Positions 12,505 through 23,800 of a DNA stretch of 64,000 nucleotides are shown piece after piece; the first letter of the stretch is position 1, and each line of letters starts with the position of its first letter. The notes under the pieces are model-generated. The model worked only from the letters and a program-made list of their open reading frames with translations, was not told where the DNA came from and did no database searches. Origin of the DNA: Macrostomum lignano (lineage: Eukaryota); contig NIVC01000931.1 in NCBI GenBank assembly GCA_002269645.1, positions 1 to 64,000 of the forward strand, in the 5' to 3' direction. The translations under genes and the position numbers were made by a program.

Positions 12505-12524
12505 TGGTGGCAGCGGTGGGATTC
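12505..12524 (+). other. Primer binding site complementary to the tRNA-Leu 3' end
   Basis: TGGTGGCAGCGGTGGGATTC is the reverse complement of GAATCCCACCGCTGCCA+CCA, the conserved metazoan tRNA-Leu 3' end; it lies 1 nt after the LTR terminal CA. Confidence 0.8.
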
Positions 12525-13085
12525 AAAGACCTACCAGGCCACCCCAGGAAAACCCAATCTATAACACCTGTCGAACGAATCCTTATCGGGACAATGTTAT
12601 ATTATATACGAGTATATGACTCCCTCTCCACGCTCCTGAGTCTTCTGACTCAAATCAATATCCAGTTCTAACGTCTGCTGCTCAAAACTCAAAAACATCT
12701 TCAAGCCCCAGATACTATTGCACATTTGAGGCCATTTGCCCTGAAGTCTCCCCTCCTCCAACCAGCTAATCCAATCCATTGGACAGCTAGTATAGCTCTT
12801 TGACAATTTGATAACAGTCAATTTTTTTGTAAGCATTGCCGTTTTTCTATAAATTAAACGATTATCTGTTACTTCATTTAAGTATCTCATTCATATGTAG
12901 AAACTCGTACATCTAGAAAACACAGCAGGACTCTGAGATAATTTGAAGAAACTAATGCTTACTGCAGCGATAGCGACTATTCATAGTAATATCCCAAGGA
13001 TTTTCCGCTTAAAATCCATTAATTCGACTAATTCGGCGCTAGAATACCAACTTCATCGGCGAAGTAGATCCGTGTTTCAGCTAGT

Positions 13086-16000
13086 TGTAATGCCACTCTG
13101 GCCAGTACTAGCTTGTACATTGTATTAGCACGTACATGTCGCTACTCAACTTATTTACGTAAGGCACGCGGCTCAATTGTGCACGTTGCAATCAGATCGC
13201 TTCCAAATATAAATATCGTCTCACCCTACTTGGAGGGTTAAGGCTTTTTCTCGCACGCCACAAACACTGCCTGACTCCTGAGTCATTACATTGGCGTCGC
13301 AAGGCTGAACCATGGCCTTCCTACAACTGCCGGCCCCAGGTAACTTTAGCATTAGAGACGACCCCCACTCCACAAGCAAGCGCTGGCAGGAGTGGTCATC
13401 CAACCTTCTACGCTACCTGGCGGCCACGGGCATCACAAACGAGACACAGAAACGCCAGATCCTCCTATACACGGCAGGCAAAGAAGTAAGCGACCTGTAT
13501 AGCGAGATCATAACAACAGAGACCGACACAACAGAAGGCGAACCTACAGTCGAACCCACGGTCGACCAGCTGATCGCTCTGTTCACCAAGCATTTCCAAG
13601 GTCGCGACAACATTGTGTTTCTCCGCTACCAATTCCGCCAGTGCGTGCAGGACGAAGGCGAGTCGATAGACGCCGGGCACAGCAGACTCTGGAGCGCCTC
13701 GGAAGCCTGCCAGTTCGAGAGCCTACGTTATTAGCTCGTCAGGGACCAAATTGTGGCCAACTGCCGCAGGGAATCGCTGAGGAAGCGGCTGCCGCAGGGA
13801 ATCGCTGAGGAAGCGGCTGCTGAACATCCCCAACATCAACCTGGCGGACACCCTCCAACTGGCCAGGACGCACGAGGCAGCAGAAAAGCAGGCGGCCATC
13901 ATGTCCAGGACAGCGGCAGCCTCTGAGGAAGTGGCGCAGGTGCGCCGCCAGCGCTACCCGCCGCCGGAACTGTCGCGCCAGCCGCAGCCATCCGCGAAGT
14001 GCATCCGATGCGGCGAGTCGGGCCACAGGAGCTGCAACAGGGCGCAAGGCAAGCGGTGCACCAACTGCGGCAAGTTCAACCACCTGGCCAAGGCCTGCCT
14101 CAGCCGCTCGAAGATCAACGCGCTACAGCCCGAGCAAGACCAGCTTGCAGACCAGCCAGTCAACGAGGTGTTCTGCACGCTCAGCGGCAAGGACAATAGC
14201 GCCAAATTCCCCATCAGCATCAACGGTCAGCAGGTCTGCACACTGATCGACAGCGGAGCAAGCTGCAACGTACTGGACATGGCGACGTTCCGCAGAATTT
14301 GCCGCCGCGGCACGCCACTTGCGCCGTCCAGCACCAGAGTCTTCGCGCTCGGCGCCAGCGAGCCGCTGGAGGAAGCCGGTCAAACGACGCTCACCGTCAG
14401 GGCGAACCACCGCGAGCTGCAGGCGAACTTTATTGTCATCCGGAGCAGCTGCACCCCAATCCTCGGCAGAGCGTCCAGCACGAAGCTCGGTATGCTGAGA
14501 GTCGGCCCAGAGGCCTGCACGAACTCGGCGGTGGTGGCCAGCCTGGCCAAACCAGCGAGATGCGAGGATCAGCACCTGCCCAAGCAGCTACAGCTTGAGA
14601 GCATCCTGGCCAACTTCAGCGACCGCTTTCAGGGCATTGGATGCGTGAAGGGCGTCACCATCACTATCAAGCTGAGATCAGATGCCAGCCCAGTTTGCCA
14701 ACCGCCATTTCGAGTGCCAGTGCACCTCAGGGCGGCCGTCATCAAAGAGCTGGAAGAGCAGGCAGCTTGCCCTGGGAATCATCGAGCGGGTGCATGGGCC
14801 AACAGCCTGGTGCTCCAGGATGGTCGCGGTCCCGAAGGCCGAGCAGGGAGAGGTGCGCATCACCCAGGACCTCCGCGAGGTGAACAAGTACGTCATCCGT
14901 ATTTTTCGGAGCTGGATGTCGCCAAAGCATTCCACCAAATTGAAGTCGCCGAGGAGTCCAGGGATCTGCTGACGTTCTCCACGCCAATCGGGCTCCTACG
15001 GCTGCGCCGGCTCTGCATGGGCTACACATCCGCCTCCGAGATCCTCCAGCGGGTGATGTCCTCCGTCCTCAGCGGCCTGCCCGGCGTCCGCTGGGTGCAC
15101 GACGACATCCTGGTGTATGCGAAGAACATTGAGGAGCACAACCAGCGCCTGCGAGACTGCCTGGCTCGGCTGAAGGCCAGCAACATCACGCTGAACCCCA
15201 AAAAGTGCCGCTTCGCTCAGCGAGAGGTCGATTTCCTCGCCATGCGGCTGTCGGCAGTCGGCATTCACCCCAGCACCGAGAAAGTGGCGGCCATCAACAG
15301 TTTTAAGCGGCCGACCAACGCGACCGAGGTCTGCTCGTTCCTCGGCCTCGTCGCCTTCCTCGCGCGCTTCATCAGCAACCTGTCCGACATGGCCCGGCCG
15401 CTCCGAGAGCTGACCCGGCAGGCCGCCGAGTGGACATGGGGTGAGCAACAGGAGGCCGCGTTCAAGGACATTAAGCAAACGATCGCCAGCAGCGAGGCGC
15501 TGGCATTCTTCAACAGCAAGCTTCCGACTTAGCTAATCGTGGACGCCAGCCCCACAGGCGTCGGCGCCATCCTCGCCCAAGTCCAACCTGACGGATCGAC
15601 GCGGCCGGTGGCGTACGCGAGCCGCAGCCTGAGCCCGACCGAGCAGCGCTACTCCCAGACGGAGCGGGAGGCGCTCGCGGTGAAGTACGGTGGCCTGAAG
15701 TTTCATCACTACCTCAGCGGCGGCGGCAACTTCAAGGTGATCACCGACCACAAGCCGCTGGTATCCCTGTTCAGCCCGGGGTCGCGGCCGCCGCCCCGCA
15801 TTGAGCGCATGGCGCTGCGACTGCAAGACCTGGTCTTCCAAGTGGTTTATCAACCCGGAGCCGGCAATCCGTCCGACGTCCTGAGCCGCCAGCCGCTGCC
15901 AATGCCGCCGAACAACGTCGGTGAGCAGGCGGATGCGATCTACGTGGCCACGGCAGTGCGGGCGGCCACCCCGGTGTCCATCAGCCTGACCATCATCAAG

Positions 16001-17580
16001 GCCGCCTCCGACCAAGATTCCACCGTCCAAGCAGCTCTGCACGCCATCCGCGGGAACCAGTGGGACAAGAGCGACACGAGCCTACAGGGACTGCACGGCG
16101 TGGCCCACGAGTTGTCCGAGCTGGACGGCCTGCTGCTGTGCCGCAGCCAACTGTACATGCCGACGGCTCTGCGGTACCGGTGCCTGCAGCTGGCCCACCA
16201 GGGCCACCAGGGCGTCAGAAAAACGCTGGACCGCCTACAACCGAAGGTTTGGTGGCCCGGCATGCGAGCATCCGTAGAAGCGCACGTGGCAGCCTGCATC
16301 AGCTGCCAGGCCTGCACCCGCGAGACCGCGCCGAAATCCACGCCACTCAAGCCGACCGAACTACCGGAGGGCCCCTGGCTCGAGCTGGGGCTGGACTTCC
16401 TCGGACCAGTAAGCGGCAAGTCGCTGCTCATCTGCACGGACCACTTCTCCAGGTTCCCGCTCGTGGAGGTCATGCCCAGCACCACCGCCTCCGCCATCAC
16501 CAAGGTGCTGCGCCGGTGGTTCAGCATCTTCGGGCAGCCGACGAAGGTAACTACAGACAACGGCCCGCCCTTCGCATCGGCCGAGTTCAGCAGCTTCCTG
16601 GCGGACCAGGGCGCCCGGCACCATCGAATCACGCCTCTCTACCCTCAGGCCAACGGCGCAACGGAGCGGTGCAACCAGGGGTTGAACAAGGCTATTCGCG
16701 CGGCGGTCCTCGAAAATCGGGACTGGACGCTGGCCTTGGACGAATACCTGGCAGCACACTCCACACTGCGCCACAGGCGTCGCACCGGCTAGTCTGCTAT
16801 TTGGCAGGCAAATCAACGACGTGATCCCGAGCCTCCAACACTCGCAGCCCATCGACGCGACAAGAGCGGCCATAGCCGACCGCGACCGCCAGGCCAAAGA
16901 GGAGATGAAGCGGCTCGCCGACCAACGCTTCAGGGCAGCAGACCACGCCATCCGTCCGGGCGACCGCGTCCTGAGGCGTCTGCAATCCCGGCAGAAGACC
17001 GACGCCTTCTACGAGCCAGTGCCATGGACCGTGGCCGAGGTCCAGGGCGACTCCCTGCTCATGCAGCGCGACGAGGTCGTCTGCCGCAGGCACGCTACGC
17101 AGGTCAAGCGGCTGTCCGAGCAGCCTAAGCAGTCCGAAGGGTAGCCGCTCCAGCCGCCTGGCCCCCCTGAGCCCACGGAGCCGATCGCTGCCCGGCCGCA
17201 TCCCCGGCAAGCAAAGGACCCGGAGAGGAACTACAAAGAGCCCGACCTGCGCAGAAGCTGATTGACTTGATTGATTGACTGTCTCTCAAATGGACTGCAC
17301 ATGCATGAACTGTTAGTCACTTTTTATGGTTCCCTTTGTGTTCTCACCGTTACTTTTAATCCACTCGAGGAGGAATGTAATGCCACTCTGGCCAGTACTA
17401 GCTTGTACATTGTATTAGCACGTACATGTCGCTACTCAACTTGTGTACGGAAGGCACGCGGCTCAATTGTGCACGTTGCAATCAGATCGCTTCCAAATAT
17501 AAATATCGTCTCACCCTACTTGGAGGGTTAAGGCTTTTTCTCGCACGCCACAAACACTGCCTGACTCCTGAGTCATTACA
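13086..17580 (+). mobile_element. Ty3/Gypsy (Mag-type) LTR retrotransposon 1, full-length but defective, 4495 bp
   Basis: 205-bp LTRs at 13086-13290 and 17376-17580 (TGTAATG...CATTACA; 3 mismatches), 5-bp TSD CTAGT, PBS TGGCGTCGCAAG at 13292, PPT GAGGAGGAA before the 3' LTR, domain order gag-PR-RT-RH-IN. Confidence 0.97.
13312..17144 (+). pseudogene. Disrupted gag-pol of Gypsy element 1
   Basis: Gag with double Zn knuckle (CIRCGESGH..C / CTNCGKFNHLAKAC), protease LIDSGASCN, RT WVHDDILV, RNase H, integrase HQGH..CISC plus DDE. Lesions: stop at 13732, 28-bp duplication 13763-13818, frameshift and ~20-codon deletion in RT near 14760-14900, stop at 15530, frameshift near 16770. Confidence 0.93.
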
Positions 17581-18690
17581 CTAGTAAATGAAGACTGCTG
17601 AATTATGTGTTTAATAGTTGGAACCCCTCTTATAATATATTGTCAAGAAAATGGATTCAGATTCAATAACAGAAACCATCCCAGCACTAGCCCCTTAACT
17701 CGAAGGGCCCCTATAAAGAATATACACTCTAAAGGTTACTACCTACGGATACTACCAATTTAGCCATGGAATTAGATTTACTCTGGCCGACAGAAAGTTG
17801 AGTTGGGCCATGGTAAGCACTGCTTACCATCAGTCTTCTCGAGGTTAACCCAAAAATCCATGAGATCAATGAGAAATATTTGACTACAAAATTCCACTGT
17901 CAGGGCAATGTTTGCTTGCCAAACTACAGCTATTATTCTGCTCCCAGAGTATGAACTCCTTAAATTTTAGATTGCATATAGATAGCATATGAATCTCGTC
18001 GGGCATTTCGTCTAAGGGCGATTCTCGTGCTCCCGCTTAGAGCTTTTGAACTGAATCAACATAAGGCCCAATCCAATCTTGCAGGCACCTTTTGTTTTTA
18101 CATCCTTTAAAGAAAGCGGCATCTAAATATCTTGTACCGTTTTCTTTTCAAACAGTTTTGAAGTTGAAAAAACAGCGTATAATTTTTCAACGATCTGCTG
18201 TTACGTCGTACATCTTATACCGTACTGAGCTCACATTATGAAAGGACCAGGTCTCCCAGCGGGAGAAATTGCTTCAAATTTGCTTTAGCTTTTGAAAAAT
18301 GCCGCCAAAGACGAACGAAATAGTCTAGCGAAATTAGTCGCTATAAAACAAATGCATAGATGAATGCGCTCGCTGGTAAAAAAATTTCAGTAGCTTTTGC
18401 AAATTAAGGAACAAAAATCAACTCGGATGTCGTACAAGCGCGCAGCTGCCTCATCCTTGTTGTCAAGCGCTCAAAATACGAGTCAATATGCATTGCAAAA
18501 CATGACTGAATAGAAACTTTGCTTTGCGTCGGTCGGCGGGATCAAAGAACGAGAGTTCATTGTCGGAAGCAGTCAAACGACTTAGGAGCAATAGCACGAG
18601 AGCCTCTATTTAAATGGTGCAGTGTTTCTTGCCTAATTTTCAGCCTTCTGCTCGTTGAGGACTCTGTGTAGCTGCACCTGAAATCGCACT

Positions 18691-19452
18691 ATGAAAGCTG
18701 AATTCGAATTTCGAGTAAACCAGAAACTGACTGTCCTTGTAGTAGTGCTGCTCATACAAGCCGGCTTATCCCAGCAGCAAGCCGTGTGCCCTGCCCCATT
18801 CAGCATCGAGGCTGGCAAGTGCATCTTCGTGAACTCTACAAGCGTCATCAACTGGTGCGAGGCCAACCGTCGGTGCGCAGCGATCGGAGGCGAGCTCATC
18901 AACTCGTACGAAACGCTGAAACTACTCAGCAGCATGCCGAGCATGTACAGCGTAGGCAACTTTTGGCTCGGAGTGACCGACCTCCCTGATGAGCGACAAC
19001 ATTCTCGGTCGGGTTGGCAGACGGTCAACGGCAACGGGATTCTGCCGCTGGACAACACGCTGTGGTTGGGCGGGATGCCGAACAACTACGGGAATCAGGA
19101 CTGCACCATGAAGTCAAATAATGACGTAAATAGGCTTATCGACTACAAATGCCTGTCTAACACCGTCGGATTCGCCTGCGAATTTGCTCCGTCTCAAGTG
19201 CCGTCGAGCACCATCTGGGTGCAAGTGCCCTTCAAACGCACTGAGTACAATAGTCAATACTGCTACACCGAGCTGCACAAGATTACCACTGTTTTTGAGT
19301 GCTTCTCCGCTGCACTGGGCCAGGTCTCAAATACCAGGAGCGTGCTGTACAACAAAGCTCTTGGCCGGTGCCGACTGCTTCAGTTCAGCGATGCTCAGGT
19401 TGAGCAGGAGATCGAGAACAGCGTCGACTGGGTAAAGTTCGTGCTCCAATGA
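18691..19452 (+). CDS. Intronless secreted C-type lectin-domain protein with a PAN/apple-like C-terminal domain, 253 aa
   Basis: Hydrophobic signal-like segment; CTLD pattern CP..F....GKC...W.EA...C...GG.L...FWLG..D...W...PNN....DC...C...FACE; C-terminal C...C...SVLYNK..GRCRLL; TATTTAAA about 85 bp upstream. Confidence 0.85.
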   Translation: MKAEFEFRVNQKLTVLVVVLLIQAGLSQQQAVCPAPFSIEAGKCIFVNSTSVINWCEANRRCAAIGGELINSYETLKLLSSMPSMYSVGNFWLGVTDLPDERQHSRSGWQTVNGNGILPLDNTLWLGGMPNNYGNQDCTMKSNNDVNRLIDYKCLSNTVGFACEFAPSQVPSSTIWVQVPFKRTEYNSQYCYTELHKITTVFECFSAALGQVSNTRSVLYNKALGRCRLLQFSDAQVEQEIENSVDWVKFVLQ

Positions 19453-19990
19453 AGCTGCGAGCTGCTCCAGTGATCGGTTTACGAGAAAAATCATGTCAAA
19501 ACTCATTTCAAAGTAAAAGAAAACTAAAAAACATCCTAAATACCGTTTAATTTTGCATTGTCCAGTGAATTTTGAAGGTAAAAGTTTGACCAAATTGAAC
19601 GCACATGAAAGAGTCAAATACATTCGACAGGATCTCTTTGAGAAAAACGTTTTGAAGCTTTGTTCGATGTGTGTGTATCTGGCATCACAAAATTAATCGT
19701 TCCGTATTGAATATGCGATTTTTTGTTGTTGCATGGTTTCATTTTCATTATTTTAAGATTACTTATTCTTTTCCATCAGCCTACGTAACCTACGGTCTGG
19801 ACACAGGGTGCCCAGGTCTCACTCTTTTTGGGGCTTTGGTGTTAGAAGTAGAGGTGTTTGGGGCTCAGGGATTTGGGGTCGGGATCATCGGGGGTCTGGA
19901 TGAATGTTCGAGGCGGGATTTGGACCAAATTTTCGGGATTTTTTGGGCTTCGCAAGTTTTCTGAGTTCTCAGAAAATTACGAAAAAAAAG

Positions 19991-20680
19991 AAAGGGGATG
20001 TGAACTTAAGCTTCAGAATGGAGCTCGAATGAGGCCAGCTGACCAAACCGAATGCAATCGATAACTTGTCGGCCCAGATGACTACAAACGCGCTGACACA
20101 TTTCACCCGAGTCTATGCTACAGGGTCCTTGGGAAAAATGGGATAAATGGGGATTTCATGTGAACTTAAAGCTCTAGAGCTAATCTCGAGGACGCGCAGT
20201 GTTATGCAGCCCTCAAGCCATGTTAAGGTTAGTGATTATTTTGGAAACCAAGAAGCCAGTCAATGGCCCTCACATTTCAATTTTTGGTTTAAGCTGCGAC
20301 TTTTTTACGGTCTAATTGCCCAAGACCATAAGGTGCCATCAGCGCCACTCAGCTGGCGGGTGGGGAAGCGGTCGCCCCCCCCCCCACCTTAGGAGGCGAC
20401 CCACAAAAATTGTTCTGGAGGACCAATCGAATTTTCGCAAAAATCCAAGCCCGCCTTACTCCACCCTCCCTCTGCTAATCCTAGCTAATGCATTCTGGAG
20501 CTTAAGTTCACATGAAATCCCCATTTATCCCATTTCTTCCCCAGGACCCAGTAGAATAGACTCGTGGGATGCGTCAGCGTTTGTAGTCATCTGGGCCGAC
20601 AAGAAGTTATCGATTCCAGTCGGTTTAGTCAGCTGGCCTCAATCAAGCTCCATTCTGGAGCTTAAGTTCACATCCCCTTT
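19991..20680. repeat. Long imperfect inverted repeat (188-bp arms 19991-20178 and 20493-20680, ~315-bp spacer); foldback/MITE-like
   Basis: The reverse complement of the right arm aligns with the left arm; outer 20 bp are identical (AAAGGGGATGTGAACTTAAG). No TSD recognised. Confidence 0.8.
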
Positions 20681-20822
20681 GCATTTTTGTTTAACATTTA
20701 AAATAGAAAGCCTTTTTGCGTCCGGCGAACGAGCGAAAAAAAGGGAATTCCCCTGAAAATTTTTTTGCCGCGACGGAACGGAGCAACTCAGGAACACGAA
20801 ATTCAAGAACATGCCTAACTTC

Positions 20823-23800
20823 TGTAGTGTAGTTCAGTGCGATGTACAATATTGGCGCGCAAATATTATTAGTCACGTGTTGCAATGTATTACGTAAGAC
20901 TCACGCGCACTTACTCTTCACATATATAAATATACTTGCAGGGCAAGTCGGCCCATTTCTAAGATTCTTCGTGCACTCGCAAACCCTCCGATTTTGTCTG
21001 AGTCACTACATGGCGTCGCAAGCAAACTATTGACTGATCATCACTCTCTAACCCAGCGCGGTTCCAGCCACACAAACATGGGCCAAGCTTTGCAACTCAC
21101 TGCACCAGATGCATTTGATATCGATAGCGATCCGAAAGGAAAATCCGATAGAAAAAGGAAAATCTACAAACGAGCTCATCCAAAAGCTACAAGAGATCTT
21201 CGACCAGAAAAACAGCGTCGTCTTCCTCCGGTACCAATTCGAGACCTGCAGACAGGAGGAGGGGGAGTCCATCGATGCGTGGTACCATCGGCTGCGCAAG
21301 GCCGCGGATCAATGCGAATTCGGAGAACTACGGGACTCTCTCATCAGGGACAAGGTGGTCGCCCACTACCGATCGGAGAAGATCAGAAGGGAGCTCCTTC
21401 AGCTGAACGATATCTGTCTAGCTGACGTACTGAAGCGAATCCGAGCAAGGGAAGCTGCGGAGCAACAGGCACAGGCCATGGAAGAAAACAGCTCAGGTGG
21501 CGCCGGCACCATGACGACCGCGAACGTGGCAGCGCTAGGCCCACCCCGAGCACGACCGTCGCAGCCATTCAGAAGGGATCCTGCAATGAAGGACGGTGGC
21601 ATCAGCTGCGAGCGCTGCGGACGGCCGGGTCATCGAACGTGCGAGGCTGCTAGAGACAAGGCATGTCGACGCTGCGGTAAGATTGGCCATTTCGCCCGGG
21701 CATGTCGGGGAACGTCCAGAATACCCGTGAGAGCTGTCAACGAACCGGACGATCGCTCCTACGGGCAAGTCGAATATCTGCAGGACAACTCCACTGAGCA
21801 CGAGCTTTTCAGCCTCCGAAATAGCGGATCAGCATGGACTCAAGCCACCGTCAACGGATTCAAGACAACCCTGCTTATCGACAGTGGAGCGGCCTGCAAC
21901 ATCATCGACAGAGAGGCCTTCGAAAGGATGCCACAGAAGGCCAGGCTCCAAGCAGCCAGTGATCGGGTCTATCCCTATGGAAGCCAACAGCCACTGAAGC
22001 TGCTCGGCAAGACCGACCTACAGGTCAGCGTTTTCGGTTGCCAGGAGACGCTTCCGTTCCTGGTGCTGGACGGAAAGGGTGCTTGCATAATAGGCCGCAG
22101 GAGCGCGGAAGACCTAGGAGTTCTGCGAGTCGGCCCGGAAGACAAGGCAGCGTGTGAGCTACGCTCGGAGTGTCCGACTGACAGGCTGCTAGCCGGCGTT
22201 CCAAAAGACCTTCGGCAGTCCCCAGGTGCTCCATCTTTAGACGAAATCCTCAAGGAAAATGCACAGGCCTTCGACGGAATCGGCTGTCTTAAGAACTACG
22301 CAGCCCGCATCTTCCTGGAAGAGGGCGCAAGACCAGTGTGCCATCCACCATCAAGAGTGCCAATTCACCTCGCCCCAGCAGTGGACGCCGAGCTCCAGTA
22401 CCTAGAAGAACAAGGCATCATTGAGCCAGTGGAGGGACCCTGCCCATGGGTTTCTCGTATCGTCGTCGTCCCAAAGAAGCTCCTGGCGAGATCAGGATCA
22501 CTCAGGATCTGAGGGAGCTAAACAAGTCTGTCGTCAGGGAGCGACACCCAATACCGACCTTTGAGGAGGTAACAGGCGACATGGCAGGAGCGACGCTGTT
22601 CTCAGAGTTGGACGTCGCAAAAGCATTCTATCAAATCCCTGTGTCAGAGGAGTGCCGGCATCTTCTAACTTTTTCAACGCCTCGAGGTCTTCGGCGGCTG
22701 ACGAGACTCTGCATGGGGCTATCAACGGCGCAGGAAATTCTTCAAGCTGTTATGTCATCCGTGCTGGCTGGACTTTCAAAAGTAAAATGGATCCACGATG
22801 ACATTATTGTCTATGGCCACAGCGTGGCGGAGCATCACAACAATCTGCGGGAGTGCCTCCAGCGACTGGCGCAGCACGGACTGACGCTCAACCCGGCCAA
22901 GTGCAAGCTGGCACGAACGCAAGTCACCTTCATGGGGATGCGATTGTCGAAGGACGGAGTCAGGCCAACCGAGTCAAAGCTGGAGGCAGTTAATGCATTT
23001 GCAGAGCCAACGAATGTCACGGAGGTGCGCTCGTTCTTGGAACTTGTCAACTACCTGGCCGCATTCACCCCGAGGCTGGCGGACCTGGCAAAGCCGCTGC
23101 GCAACCTGACAAGGAAGGGCCAGCCCTGGGCATGGGCCGATCTGGAAAGACAAGCCTTCAGCGACATCAAGTCTCAAATCGCGTCAAGTGGCTCTGTTGC
23201 CTTTTTCAACCATCGTCTTCCGACGCAACTCATTGTCGACGCTGGGCCAGCGGGGCTGGGTGCAATCCTGTCACAGACACAATCGGACGGAACCAGGCGG
23301 CCCATCGCATACGCTAGCCGGACACTGTCGGACGTTGAGCAACGCTATTCCCAAACAGAGAAAGAGGCGTTGGCCGTGAAGTTCGGCTGTTTAAAGTTTC
23401 AATTCTACCTCCACGGCGCGCCGATGTTCACGGTGCAAACCGACCACAAGCCACTGGTTGCTCTGTTCGGCAGCAGTTCGAGACCCCCTCCGAGAATCGA
23501 AAGGATGGCATTGCGCATTCAGCATATGAAATTCACAGTCGAGTACCAGCCGGGCCCGCTCAACCCGGCAGACGTGCTCAGCCGACAGCCACTGCCGACA
23601 CCCGCACCGAATGTGGGCGAAGAGCTGGATGCACTTTCCATCGCCGCTGTTGTACAGGCGGCCGTACCAAATGCGCTGTCACTGACCAGCGTACAGAAGA
23701 GCTCGCAAAAGGACGCAACAATTCAAGCGGCGATTCGCGCCTTAGAGACAGGGCGGTGGAGCCTGGAGTCAGCAGAACTGCGGTCGCTGCATGCGCTGCG

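Noticed and set aside
13292-13307. Assigning the shared PBS TGGCGTCGCAAG to a specific tRNA
   Set aside because: Compatible with G-discriminator tRNAs (Ser, Asn, Arg) but I cannot match it without the species tRNA set.
13954-17210. Antisense and alternative-frame ORFs across the Gypsy elements (also 21383-24942)
   Set aside because: Shadow ORFs expected from GC-rich pol coding sequence.
22470-22512. Programmed gag-pol ribosomal frameshift
   Set aside because: The shift lies inside RT (after protease), the homologous element 1 reads through the aligned VPK..GE.RITQDL segment, and no slippery heptamer is evident; a 1-bp deletion or error is more likely.
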